A stretch of 64,000 nt of DNA from Acidobacteriota bacterium (GTDB lineage Bacteria; Acidobacteriota; Vicinamibacteria; Vicinamibacterales; 2-12-FULL-66-21). The stretch is from positions 1,447 through 65,446 of the forward strand of contig QHWT01000062.1 of the NCBI GenBank assembly GCA_003222675.1, in the 5' to 3' direction. The notes under the pieces were generated by a model. That model did no database searches. It was not told where the DNA came from and saw nothing but the letters and a program-made list of their open reading frames with translations. Shown here piece by piece: positions 38,935-47,274 of this stretch (position 1 is the first letter of the stretch; each line of letters starts with the position of its first letter). The position numbers and the translations under genes are program-made.

Positions 38935-39360
38935 TTATGGCAGGTAAATCGCGCCGATGCGCGGCTCGCCGTTCCGCTCGAACGGCTCGAAGACGAGGAT
39001 GAAGCGGAAGCCCGCGTACTCGTAGTAGCGCGTGATTCGTTCGCCCAGCCGGCCACGGTCCACTTCCTGGCGGCCGCTTTCCGCCGAGCGACCGAGGCTG
39101 GCGGCAACCGATGCCGCCGTATCCCCGACGCGAATCTCCTTTCCATCGCGGAATGGCAGCACGGGCACCGACACCGCGCGTGGCGGCACCGCAGCGGGCG
39201 CGCTATCGGTCTGCGTGCGCGCGGCCGGAGCGGTCAGGTGCAGCCGCGAGGAGCGGAATTCCTGGAGGATCAGGGAGCCGACGGCGACCGTCGCCGCAAG
39301 AAACGCTGCGGCGATCGCCCACTCCACGACAGGCCCGAGGCGGGCTCGAAGCGCGTCCAT
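38935..39360 (-). CDS. hypothetical membrane-anchored protein
   Basis: 141-aa ORF with one N-terminal TM segment (VVEWAIAAAFLAATVAVGSLIL). No motif recognised. Confidence 0.5.
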   Translation of the reverse strand: MDALRARLGPVVEWAIAAAFLAATVAVGSLILQEFRSSRLHLTAPAARTQTDSAPAAVPPRAVSVPVLPFRDGKEIRVGDTAASVAASLGRSAESGRQEVDRGRLGERITRYYEYAGFRFILVFEPFERNGEPRIGAIYLP

Positions 39361-39463
39361 ACAAGGCCCCTTGCCGGAACGAGTGGCCGGACGGAGAGAG
39401 ACCCCAATCTAGGGCCGCGTGCGTCCGGAGTCAAGCCTCCTTCCTGATATAAGATCGCGGGTT

Positions 39464-41254
39464 ATGGAAACCGTCACCCTCACGATCGATGGCCGGCAGG
39501 TCACGGTGGAGAAAGGCAAGACTGTGCTGCAGGGCGCGATCGAGCACGGCATCAAGGTCCCGTACTACTGCTACCACCCGGGGCTCGAGATCGATGGGTC
39601 CTGCCGTGTCTGTCTGGTCAAGATCGAAAAGATGCCGAAACTGCAGACGTCGTGTTCGACGCTTGTGGCCGAGGGGATGGTCGTCTCGACCGAGGCGCCA
39701 GATGTCGTCGAAGCGCGCGCCAGCGTGCTCGAATTCCTGCTGATCAATCATCCGCTCGACTGCCCCGTCTGCGACAAGGGGGGCGAGTGTCCGCTCCAGG
39801 ACTTTGCGTATTCGTTCGGGCCCAACGAGAGCCGGATGGAATTTCCGCGCCGCGTCTTCGACGGGGAAGGCGTGAAGGCGGACGTCGACTTCGGGCCGAC
39901 GCTGATGCTGAATCGCAACCGTTGCATTCTCTGCACGCGCTGCGTGCGGTTCATGAAAGAGGTCGACGGCGATGCACAGATCAACATCGTGGATCGCGGC
40001 TATGGCAGTGAGATCGCGACGTTCCAGGACGAGGGGGTACACTCGCTGATCTCCGGCAACCTCATGGACGTCTGTCCGGTCGGCGCCATCACGACGAAGG
40101 ACTACCGGTTCAAGTCGCGGCCGTGGGACAACCCCGAGGCGATCGACACGATCTGCACGTTCTGCGAGCGCGGCTGCAATACGACGGCGTGGCTGCGTGC
40201 CAAGCCCGAGTGGGCCAAGGGCGCGCTCCTCGTTCGGACTACGCCTCGCCTCAATCCGGACGTCAACGGGTACTGGATGTGTGACATCGGCCGGTTCGAC
40301 TATCACTGGATAGAGGGAGACGATCGGCTGCACAGGCCGCTCGTGAAAATGGAAGCCGGGCTGCAGCAGCCCGCCGACTGGCGCGAAGCGACGGCGAAGG
40401 CCGCGGACCGGATCACAGCCGCCGGCACCGGATCGCTCCGCTTCCTCATTTCAGCGCACGCGTCACTCGAGGAGCTGTTCCTCATCGGACGGCTCGGCTC
40501 CGCGCTGGGCACGCCCGAAGACGGCGTGGCGATCAGCTGGCGCGCGCGCGAAAAACCCCAGCCGGCAGACACGAAGTTCAAGGTGCCGCCGATCGACGCA
40601 CCGAACGTCAATGGCGCCCGCGACATGGGCTTCCCGGTCAAAGCATCGTCGGACGGGCGTCCAGATATCTCGGCGTTCCGTCAGCAGGTCGAGCAGGGGC
40701 GCGTCAAGGCGTTGTTCGTGTTCGATCCCGGCCCGCCGGGATCGATTGGCGATGTGTCGTGGGTCAGCCAGGCGCGGGCGTCCGGCAAGCTGGCGCTGCT
40801 GATTGTCCAGGGAGCGCTGATTACGGATCTCGCGCGCGCCGCCGACATCGTGCTGCCGGGCGCATCCTCATTCGAGAAGGATGCGACTTACGTGAATTAT
40901 CAGGGCCGGGTGCAGGCCGCGTCGCGGGCGCTTCCGGCGCCGGGGGACGCGCAGGAAGACTGGCAGATCTTCGTGAACCTCGGCCTGGCGCTTGGGATCA
41001 CGCTCGGCTACACGGACAGCGCGCACGTGCGCGCGGACGTAGCCGCCGCGATGTCATCAAACGCGGCGTACGCCGGGCTGGCAGATCTGGCGTTTGCGCG
41101 GCCGGTGACGGCGCAGCACTGGCTGCAGGCGTCGAATCCGTCCGAGCGATGGAAGTGGGACGTGATGTTCCAGGATCTGCCGCCGGTGAAGTTCGCGGGA
41201 CGCCCGGACCCATCGTCGATCCCGACTGTGATTCCGCTGACCGAGCGCGACTGA
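39464..41254 (+). CDS. NuoG-like NADH dehydrogenase 75-kDa-type Fe-S subunit (orphan)
   Basis: N-terminal 2Fe-2S ferredoxin fold (CYHPGL..DGSCRVCLV), HPLDCPVCDKGGECPLQ, then CILCTRCVRF. Shortened molybdopterin-like C-terminus. Confidence 0.75.
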   Translation: METVTLTIDGRQVTVEKGKTVLQGAIEHGIKVPYYCYHPGLEIDGSCRVCLVKIEKMPKLQTSCSTLVAEGMVVSTEAPDVVEARASVLEFLLINHPLDCPVCDKGGECPLQDFAYSFGPNESRMEFPRRVFDGEGVKADVDFGPTLMLNRNRCILCTRCVRFMKEVDGDAQINIVDRGYGSEIATFQDEGVHSLISGNLMDVCPVGAITTKDYRFKSRPWDNPEAIDTICTFCERGCNTTAWLRAKPEWAKGALLVRTTPRLNPDVNGYWMCDIGRFDYHWIEGDDRLHRPLVKMEAGLQQPADWREATAKAADRITAAGTGSLRFLISAHASLEELFLIGRLGSALGTPEDGVAISWRAREKPQPADTKFKVPPIDAPNVNGARDMGFPVKASSDGRPDISAFRQQVEQGRVKALFVFDPGPPGSIGDVSWVSQARASGKLALLIVQGALITDLARAADIVLPGASSFEKDATYVNYQGRVQAASRALPAPGDAQEDWQIFVNLGLALGITLGYTDSAHVRADVAAAMSSNAAYAGLADLAFARPVTAQHWLQASNPSERWKWDVMFQDLPPVKFAGRPDPSSIPTVIPLTERD

Positions 41255-41259
41255 TTGCC

Positions 41260-41919
41260 ATGAATCAGAACGTAACGCTGCTGGCTGCCCTGGCCGCTGG
41301 CTTCCTGTCGTTCGTCTCCCCATGCGTGCTTCCGCTGATCCCCGGGTACGTGTCGTTCGTGTCGGGTGTGTCGCTCGAGGAGATGCGCGGCGAGTCGGCA
41401 GCGAAGGCGTCGCGCACCCAGGTCTTCATCACGTCGCTCGCGTTCGTGTTCGGATTCTCAATCGTGTTCGTCGCGCTTGGCGCGACCGCGACGGCCATCG
41501 GCAAGTTCCTCCTCACCCAGCTTCCGCTTCTCAGCAAGATCGCCGGCGCCGTCCTGATCGTCTTCGGCCTGCACACGATGGGCGTCTTCCGGCTGGCCTT
41601 CCTGGAGACCGAGAAGCGGATGCAATCGCAGCGAAAGCCGGCCGGTCCGTTCGGCGCGATCGTCGTGGGCATCGCGTTCGCCTTCGGATGGACGCCCTGC
41701 ATAGGTCCGATCCTCAGCGCCATCCTGACGATTGCGGCATCCAAGAACAGCATCTCCGAAGGGGTGATGCTGCTCGCTGTTTACTCGCTCGGCCTCGGGA
41801 TTCCGTTTCTGCTGACGTCGCTCGCGGGCGTGCTCCTGGTCGCGATCGGCCTGCTGATCTTCACGGGCCAGCTCACGATTATCACGCGCTACCTGCAGCC
41901 GTATCTGCCTACCTACTGA
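41260..41919 (+). CDS. ccdA: cytochrome c biogenesis thiol-disulfide transporter CcdA/DsbD-family
   Basis: FLSFVSPCVLPLIPGY motif, a second Cys in TPCIGP, and 6 TM segments. Confidence 0.85.
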   Translation: MNQNVTLLAALAAGFLSFVSPCVLPLIPGYVSFVSGVSLEEMRGESAAKASRTQVFITSLAFVFGFSIVFVALGATATAIGKFLLTQLPLLSKIAGAVLIVFGLHTMGVFRLAFLETEKRMQSQRKPAGPFGAIVVGIAFAFGWTPCIGPILSAILTIAASKNSISEGVMLLAVYSLGLGIPFLLTSLAGVLLVAIGLLIFTGQLTIITRYLQPYLPTY

Positions 41920-41920
41920 T

Positions 41921-42022
41921 GTTGTCGGGGTGCGGGCCGCGGGCCGCGCTGCGCATTCTGGACATTCGTATCTTGTATTCCGGATCCCGGATGCCGCATC
42001 CCGCACCCCGGATCCCGACAAG
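41921..42022. repeat. simple-repeat inverted spacer
   Basis: Left arm GTTGTCGGGGTGCGGGCCGCGGGCC. Right arm CCGGATCCCGGATGCCGCATCCCGCACCCCGGATCCCGACAAG. It lies between convergent ends. Confidence 0.75.
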
Positions 42023-42679
42023 TCAGCCCGTCGTATTGATCACATCCACCACGTCATTGCGGTTTTTCGCCGCCGCACGTGACAGCGGCGTCTTGTCTTC
42101 GCCGTCGACGGCGAGTGGATCGGCGCCGCGTGCGAGCAGGGCTCTGACGACATCGACGAGGCCGTTCTCGGCCGCGATGTGGAGCGGCGTGTGGCCGCCC
42201 GCGTCGGGGATCGTGACGTCCGCGCCCCGCTCGATGAGGAGCAGCGCGATCTCCGCGTGACCTCCGGCTGCCGCGGCGTGCAGCGGGGTGTTCTTCAGGC
42301 TATTCGTGGAGAGCGCGGACACGCGGGCGCCCGCGTTGAGTGTCATCTCCGCGGCCTCGAGATGTCCGAAAAAGCTCGCGAGATGCAACGGCGTCCACCC
42401 ATCGTACGAGACGCTGTTGACCGCCGCCGGATCGTGCAGCGCCCGATTGAGATCATCCCGGCGTCCGAGTGCAGCCGCGGCGAACACGTCGATCTGTGCA
42501 CCAGCGTCGAGCACGGTCTCGATGACACCGTGGTGGCCTCGATACAACGCGGCCATGATTGCCGACTCGCCGCTATCGGTGCGCGCGCTCGCGAGTGACG
42601 CGTCCTTTCGCAGCAGCTCGCGGACCTTCGCCTCGTCGCCTGCCTTTGCGGCGTCCATCAGTGCTGCCAAGTCGCTCAT
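42023..42679 (-). CDS. ankyrin-repeat protein
   Basis: Repeated G.TPLH.AA..GH...V..LL..GA units. Start chosen at ATG 42679 (GAGG upstream), because the longer ORF runs into the hairpin repeats. Confidence 0.8.
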   Translation of the reverse strand: MSDLAALMDAAKAGDEAKVRELLRKDASLASARTDSGESAIMAALYRGHHGVIETVLDAGAQIDVFAAAALGRRDDLNRALHDPAAVNSVSYDGWTPLHLASFFGHLEAAEMTLNAGARVSALSTNSLKNTPLHAAAAGGHAEIALLLIERGADVTIPDAGGHTPLHIAAENGLVDVVRALLARGADPLAVDGEDKTPLSRAAAKNRNDVVDVINTTG

Positions 42680-42696
42680 ATTCGCCTCGTCAAGAT

Positions 42697-42805
42697 CAAT
42701 TCTTGTGGCTTCCACCTCAATTGTCGTGGCTTCTCTTGTGGCTTCCACCTTCAGGTGGAAGCTCCTGCTCCGGCTTCTTCCGCCTGAAGGCGGAAGCCAC
42801 GGGGA
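42697..42805. repeat. tandem word GTGGCTTCCAC plus two near-identical tetraloop hairpins
   Basis: Hairpins CTTCCACC-TTCA-GGTGGAAG (42742-42761) and CTTCCGCC-TGAA-GGCGGAAG (42777-42796). Confidence 0.85.
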
Positions 42806-43702
42806 TCAACAGGAGACCGGCACGCGCATTCGTAAGCGTTTCGGGTGGATGCAGACACGCACGTGTCGATCCGCCTGACCGGTTTCCCCATCCAGGTGAT
42901 ACCTGATCGGCGCGTCGGAGTGCACCTCGGCGCGCTCGATCGACCGGAGCGTGATCTTCGCCGCCAGGTGCGTCGTTCCCCGCACGAGGTGACGTCCGCC
43001 CCAGAGGCGCGCCAGCGGACTGCGATCCTCAACGACGACCGCCTCGAGCTTGCCATCATCCATCCGCGCGTGTGGCGCGAGGCGGATGCCGTTGCCATAT
43101 TCGCGGCCGTTCGCGAACGCAATCAGCAGCGCCGATGAGTGCACCTCCTCGCCGTCGAGCACGATCCGATAGCGTGCGGCGCGGTAGCGGAAGGCTTCGC
43201 GGAGGCCGATAATCACGTACGGTCCCATGCCCCGCCGGCCCATGGCCCGCGTGTTGAACTGCTCGGCGATGACGGCATCCACGCCGATGCCCGCAATATT
43301 GAAAAAGGATCGCCCGTCGAGCTCCCCAACGTCGATGAGCATGTCGCGGCCCCGCAGGATCACGTCAATCGCCGCGTGCGGTTCAGCGGGAAGGCCGAGC
43401 TCGCGCGCAAAACCGTTGCCCGAGCCCGCGGGGATCACGCCCATCGCCCTTCCCGAGCCGTCGATCACGCTCGCGACCTCGTTGATCGTGCCGTCGCCGC
43501 CCCACGCGATCACGATCGATGCGCCGCTCGCGATTGCGGTGCGCGCGAGATCGGTTGCGTGGTGTCGCCGCTCGGTCAGATGAACGATCGCGTCGACACC
43601 TTCCGCGGCGAAGCGCTCTGTCAGCAGCGCAACGCGCTCGGCGGCGACGTCGGGATCCGCGCCGGCACCCGACAGAGGATTCACGATCGCGAAGACATTC
43701 AT
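42806..43702 (-). CDS. diacylglycerol-kinase-family lipid kinase (YegS/BmrU-like)
   Basis: VNPLSGAG, WGGDGTINEV and IPAGSGNGFAR motifs. Confidence 0.85.
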   Translation of the reverse strand: MNVFAIVNPLSGAGADPDVAAERVALLTERFAAEGVDAIVHLTERRHHATDLARTAIASGASIVIAWGGDGTINEVASVIDGSGRAMGVIPAGSGNGFARELGLPAEPHAAIDVILRGRDMLIDVGELDGRSFFNIAGIGVDAVIAEQFNTRAMGRRGMGPYVIIGLREAFRYRAARYRIVLDGEEVHSSALLIAFANGREYGNGIRLAPHARMDDGKLEAVVVEDRSPLARLWGGRHLVRGTTHLAAKITLRSIERAEVHSDAPIRYHLDGETGQADRHVRVCIHPKRLRMRVPVSC

Positions 43703-43878
43703 GGCGTCAACCGCTGATTCGAGATGCTATAGTAGCCGTGCGACGTGACCGTCGAGAGGCAATAAATGGGAGCGAACGAGCGAGCGCGCGCGAGCCACGC
43801 GAGCGGAGCGGGGCCCGTCAGGGCCCCCGCGAGCATGCGTGAAGGGAGGTCCGGCGGGGCGAAGCCCCCCGGACACGC

Positions 43879-45117
43879 ATGACGAGACCCGCGGTACGCC
43901 TGGCGCTGCTGATGATATTCCTGGCAGCGATGGGCGCGACGGCGTACCTGTTCTGGATGGCCGAACGGCAGTCACAACTCACCGAAACAACATTACGCGC
44001 GTTCGACGCTTCCGCCAGAGCGGCGGAGAGCATCGTGTTCGATCTCCGCACGGCGCAACAGGCATACGTGGCGGCCGGCCAAGGCGTGGATTTCTGGATC
44101 TCGCGGACGACGGCGCTTACGGGCGACCTCAAGTCTCGCGTGGCATGGCTGAAGTCGGATGCGGGCCCTGCCTCGGCCTCGGCGTTCGATGATGCGCTGT
44201 CGGCCTTAGATGATTTCGAGCACATGGATCTGCGGGCACGAGACTATGCGCGCAATCGGCAGTCGTTGCAGGCGTCGGATCTGATCTTCACGGCTGGCCT
44301 CGACCTGACGCGCAAGATGTCCGACGCGATCGAGCGCGCCCGTACGGCTGAGGTCAGCGGACGCGATAGCGTGCGCGCCGCGCTCCAGCGGCGCGAGGCT
44401 TTCTCGCTCGGCGCCGCGGCCGCCGCCGCGACCCTGATCGTCCTTCTCCTGATGCCGAGCAGACGCCCCGCGCGGCCAATCGAGGCCGCGGCGCAGGTGC
44501 CCACGGCGTCTTCGACGTCACTCCCGGCTGACGACACGTCGCTCGCGCTCGACTCGTTCGACGCGCTCGACGCGGACGAGAGCTGGACGCCGGCAGCTCC
44601 GATGCCGGCAGCTCCGACATCGGGAGTGACGCCCGCGCCGGCGCCGGCCGTGGATCTCCAGGCTGTCGCGATCGTCTGCAACGATCTCGCACGCGTCATC
44701 GATACGCGCGCGCTGCCGGAACTGCTCGAGCGCACTGCGGGCGTGCTCGATGCATCCGGCATCATCCTCTGGATTGCGGATCCCGACGGACGCGAGCTTG
44801 CCCCGATCGTGACGCACGGCTACGCGTCCAATCTCGTGACGCGGCTGGGCACCATCGCGCGCGACGCGCAGAATGCGACGGCGGCCGCCTACCGCACGTC
44901 GCTGCTGCAGACCGTCAAGGCGGACGCGGTGTCGAACGGCGCGATTGCCGCGCCGCTCGTCACACCGGCAGGATGCGTGGGCGTGATGGCCGCAGAAGTA
45001 CGGCACGATGCTGAGCGGCAAGACACGGTCCTCGCCGCCGCCAGCATCGTGGCCGCGCAGCTCGCCGCGCTCGTTGGCCCACCCTCGAGCCGCGCGAAGG
45101 CAGAAGCCGTAAGCTAG
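43879..45117 (+). CDS. membrane protein with periplasmic helical sensor-like region and C-terminal GAF-like domain
   Basis: Two TM segments, a Pro/Ala-rich linker, and a C-terminal GAF-like block. This is a motif-level call only. Confidence 0.55.
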   Translation: MTRPAVRLALLMIFLAAMGATAYLFWMAERQSQLTETTLRAFDASARAAESIVFDLRTAQQAYVAAGQGVDFWISRTTALTGDLKSRVAWLKSDAGPASASAFDDALSALDDFEHMDLRARDYARNRQSLQASDLIFTAGLDLTRKMSDAIERARTAEVSGRDSVRAALQRREAFSLGAAAAAATLIVLLLMPSRRPARPIEAAAQVPTASSTSLPADDTSLALDSFDALDADESWTPAAPMPAAPTSGVTPAPAPAVDLQAVAIVCNDLARVIDTRALPELLERTAGVLDASGIILWIADPDGRELAPIVTHGYASNLVTRLGTIARDAQNATAAAYRTSLLQTVKADAVSNGAIAAPLVTPAGCVGVMAAEVRHDAERQDTVLAAASIVAAQLAALVGPPSSRAKAEAVS

Positions 45118-46022
45118 GCGCGCGTGCGCGTACGCTCCAAGTGCGCTTCCATCTTGCCTTTGAGCGTCTGCGTCTTCCTGTCGCGGACAATCTCCAACGA
45201 GAAGTCATCGCCTTCATCGAGCCGGCCGATGGCGCGCGTCACGTCGGATGGATCGTTTACGCGGGATCCGTTCACCGCCGTGATGATGTCACCTGCTTTC
45301 AGCCCGGCTTTCGCGGCGGCAGAGCCGTCGGCGACCGATCTCACGAGCACGCCCTCCTTCACGCCAAAGTACTCTTCCAGCTGTGGTGTCAGGCTTTCGA
45401 CGGACAAGCCGAGGCGTCCGCCGCGACCGAACACGCCGAAGTCGAAGTCCGGAATCGACGGCATCGCGAATGCCGGGGGACGCGGGGCCCGGGGGGCACG
45501 CGGCGGAGCCGGTGTCGCGGGGCTCGGCGGGGCAGGCGGCATGTGGTAAGCCCACGACCGCGCGCCATCGTCCCACCGCTCGAGCCCGAAGTCGTCTCCT
45601 GACAGCAACCCTGAAGAGCGCTCCGGTGCGATCGACACCGTGACTCGCTGGCCGCTTCGTGACAGCACCGCCTGGACTTTCCGGCCGACCGGTGTTTCCT
45701 GCACCAGCCGGGTGAACTGCCTGACGCTGCGCACGCGTTCACCGTCGAACTCGACGATCGCGTCGCCTGACTTGAGTCCCGCCTTCTCGGCCGCGCTATC
45801 GGCCTGCACCTCGTCGATGATCACGCCGCCAGACGGCAGTTTCGAGTCGTCGCCCGCGATCTCTCTGACTGTGACGCCGATCTGTGCGCCTCCACCGATG
45901 AACTCGAACGCCTTCACAAGCGGCGCACGCTCGCGGCTCTGGCCGTGCACGATAGTGCCGACCGGTCCCGTAACCGCGATGACGGACGCGCCCATGAGCG
46001 CCGCTGATTTCCACATTCGCAT
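45114..46022 (-). CDS. secreted protein with two PDZ domains
   Basis: Two copies of the PDZ core (..AAEKAGLKSGDAIVEFDG.. and ..AAAKAGLKAGDIITAVNG..). GGAGGG lies 7 nt upstream of ATG 46022. Confidence 0.8.
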   Translation of the reverse strand: MRMWKSAALMGASVIAVTGPVGTIVHGQSRERAPLVKAFEFIGGGAQIGVTVREIAGDDSKLPSGGVIIDEVQADSAAEKAGLKSGDAIVEFDGERVRSVRQFTRLVQETPVGRKVQAVLSRSGQRVTVSIAPERSSGLLSGDDFGLERWDDGARSWAYHMPPAPPSPATPAPPRAPRAPRPPAFAMPSIPDFDFGVFGRGGRLGLSVESLTPQLEEYFGVKEGVLVRSVADGSAAAKAGLKAGDIITAVNGSRVNDPSDVTRAIGRLDEGDDFSLEIVRDRKTQTLKGKMEAHLERTRTRA

Positions 46023-46387
46023 CTGGTTTCCCTCCGTCTTCACTCAAAGGTCAGACGCAGGCGTGTTTCAAAAGGTTGTGCTCGCGTCCTTCCCACAGGT
46101 CAGATGCGTCCACCGCAAGTGACGTGCACCGCACGAGTACCGCTCGATTTCGAGGATTTCGCACGGTACAGCTTTTGATGCCTCGGCTGTCGGCCGCGCG
46201 AAGTCAACGGGATGCGTTAACTCAGGCAGGCGCTGGCATCGCCGCATCCCGTCGTTAGTCAGGCGATTTCGCGCGGTCATTTCTCGCGAGCGGAATGGAG
46301 CGAGCCCGCCTTCGCAACCGACGGGCTGCTTCCGGCGTAGCAGGCGGGTCGCGAGCGGAACGGAGCGAGCGCGAAGCGCGAGCGAGT

Positions 46388-46651
46388 CAAGCGAGCGGCG
46401 GAGCGAAGTCGGCGCGCAGCGCCGACCGCGAGCGCCAAAAAGTGAAGCGAGCCCAAGCGAGCGGCGGAGCGAAGTCAGCGCGCAGCGCCGACCGCGAGCG
46501 CCAAAAAATGAAGCGAGCCCAAGCGAGCGGCGGAGCGAAGTCAGCGCGCAGCGCCGACCGCGAGCGCCAAAAAGTGAAGCGAGCCCAAGCGAGCGGCGGA
46601 GCGAAGTCGGCGCGCAGCGCCGACCGCGAGCGCCAAAAAGTGAAGCGAGCT
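46388..46651. repeat. 66-bp tandem repeat, 4 full copies plus flanking degenerate copies
   Basis: Copies start at 46388, 46454, 46520 and 46586. They differ at only two positions. Each contains the hairpin GTCGGCGC-GCA-GCGCCGAC followed by CGCGAGCGCCAAAAA. Confidence 0.95.
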
Positions 46652-46773
46652 TAAGCGAGGGGCCGGAGGGAACCGCAAAGGGTCCTCAGCGCGATAGCGT
46701 TGGGGTCTGAAGCCGCGGTCCCGAGCGCCAAAAACAGCTGCGGGTTTTGCATAGTCCGCGAGGGGAGGTCTTG

Positions 46774-47130
46774 ATGATCAAGAGGTTTGCGCCACTGGCG
46801 TTCGCCCTCGCGTTGTTGGCCGGGTGCGCGTTGTCAACACATCCGAAGATTGCGGATCTGAAGTACAACCCCGGCCGTTATCAGAACCGATCCGTCACCG
46901 TCGATGGCGTCGTCACCAGTTCGTGGGGCGTGCCGCTGATGCCGCTGAAGCTGTACAAAGTGGACGATGGGACGGGGGAGGTCACCGTCGTGGCGAACAA
47001 CGGCCGCGTCCCGTCGAAAGGCGCGCATGTGCGCGTCAAGGGGCGCGTCAACCAGTTCGCGACGTTCGGCGGACAGGCCGTGGGCCTGCATCTTCAGCAG
47101 GAAAAGATCTCGTTCAAGGGACGGTATTGA
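46774..47130 (+). CDS. small lipoprotein, function unknown
   Basis: MIKRFAPLAFALALLAGC lipobox. AGGGGAGG lies upstream of the ATG. 118 aa, beta-rich. Confidence 0.7.
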   Translation: MIKRFAPLAFALALLAGCALSTHPKIADLKYNPGRYQNRSVTVDGVVTSSWGVPLMPLKLYKVDDGTGEVTVVANNGRVPSKGAHVRVKGRVNQFATFGGQAVGLHLQQEKISFKGRY

Positions 47131-47274
47131 TTTGGCGATTTGGTGATTCTGAGAATTGGTGATTGGCCTTGCACGCGCTTCCGCGCGTGCTTTGAACGCG
47201 CAACGGTAGTCGCGCGATTCCAACTCACCAACTGACTAAATCTCCAATTCACCAAATCTCCAATTCACCAAATC
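47129..47274. repeat. long-range inverted simple-repeat spacer with central hairpin
   Basis: Left arm is built from GATTTGGYGA/ATTGGTGA words (47129-47166). The central perfect hairpin is GCACGCGC-TTCC-GCGCGTGC (47170-47189). The right arm is built from the complementary words TCTCCAATTCACCAAA x2 (47221-47274). Confidence 0.85.

Noticed and set aside
39464-41254. Calling the NuoG-like gene part of a complex I operon.
   Set aside because: No other nuo genes are adjacent on either side, so it is annotated only as an orphan NuoG-like Fe-S protein.
46388-46651. The 66-bp repeat array as a CRISPR locus.
   Set aside because: The units are directly contiguous with no unique spacers between them. 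No cas genes are in the window.
46295-46654. Annotating the 119-aa ORF across the 66-bp repeats as a confident CDS.
   Set aside because: It has no convincing SD. Its start lies inside a degenerate repeat copy. Its product is entirely hydrophilic and low-complexity, and its codon choice is atypical. It is kept as an open alternative in the findings rather than as a feature.
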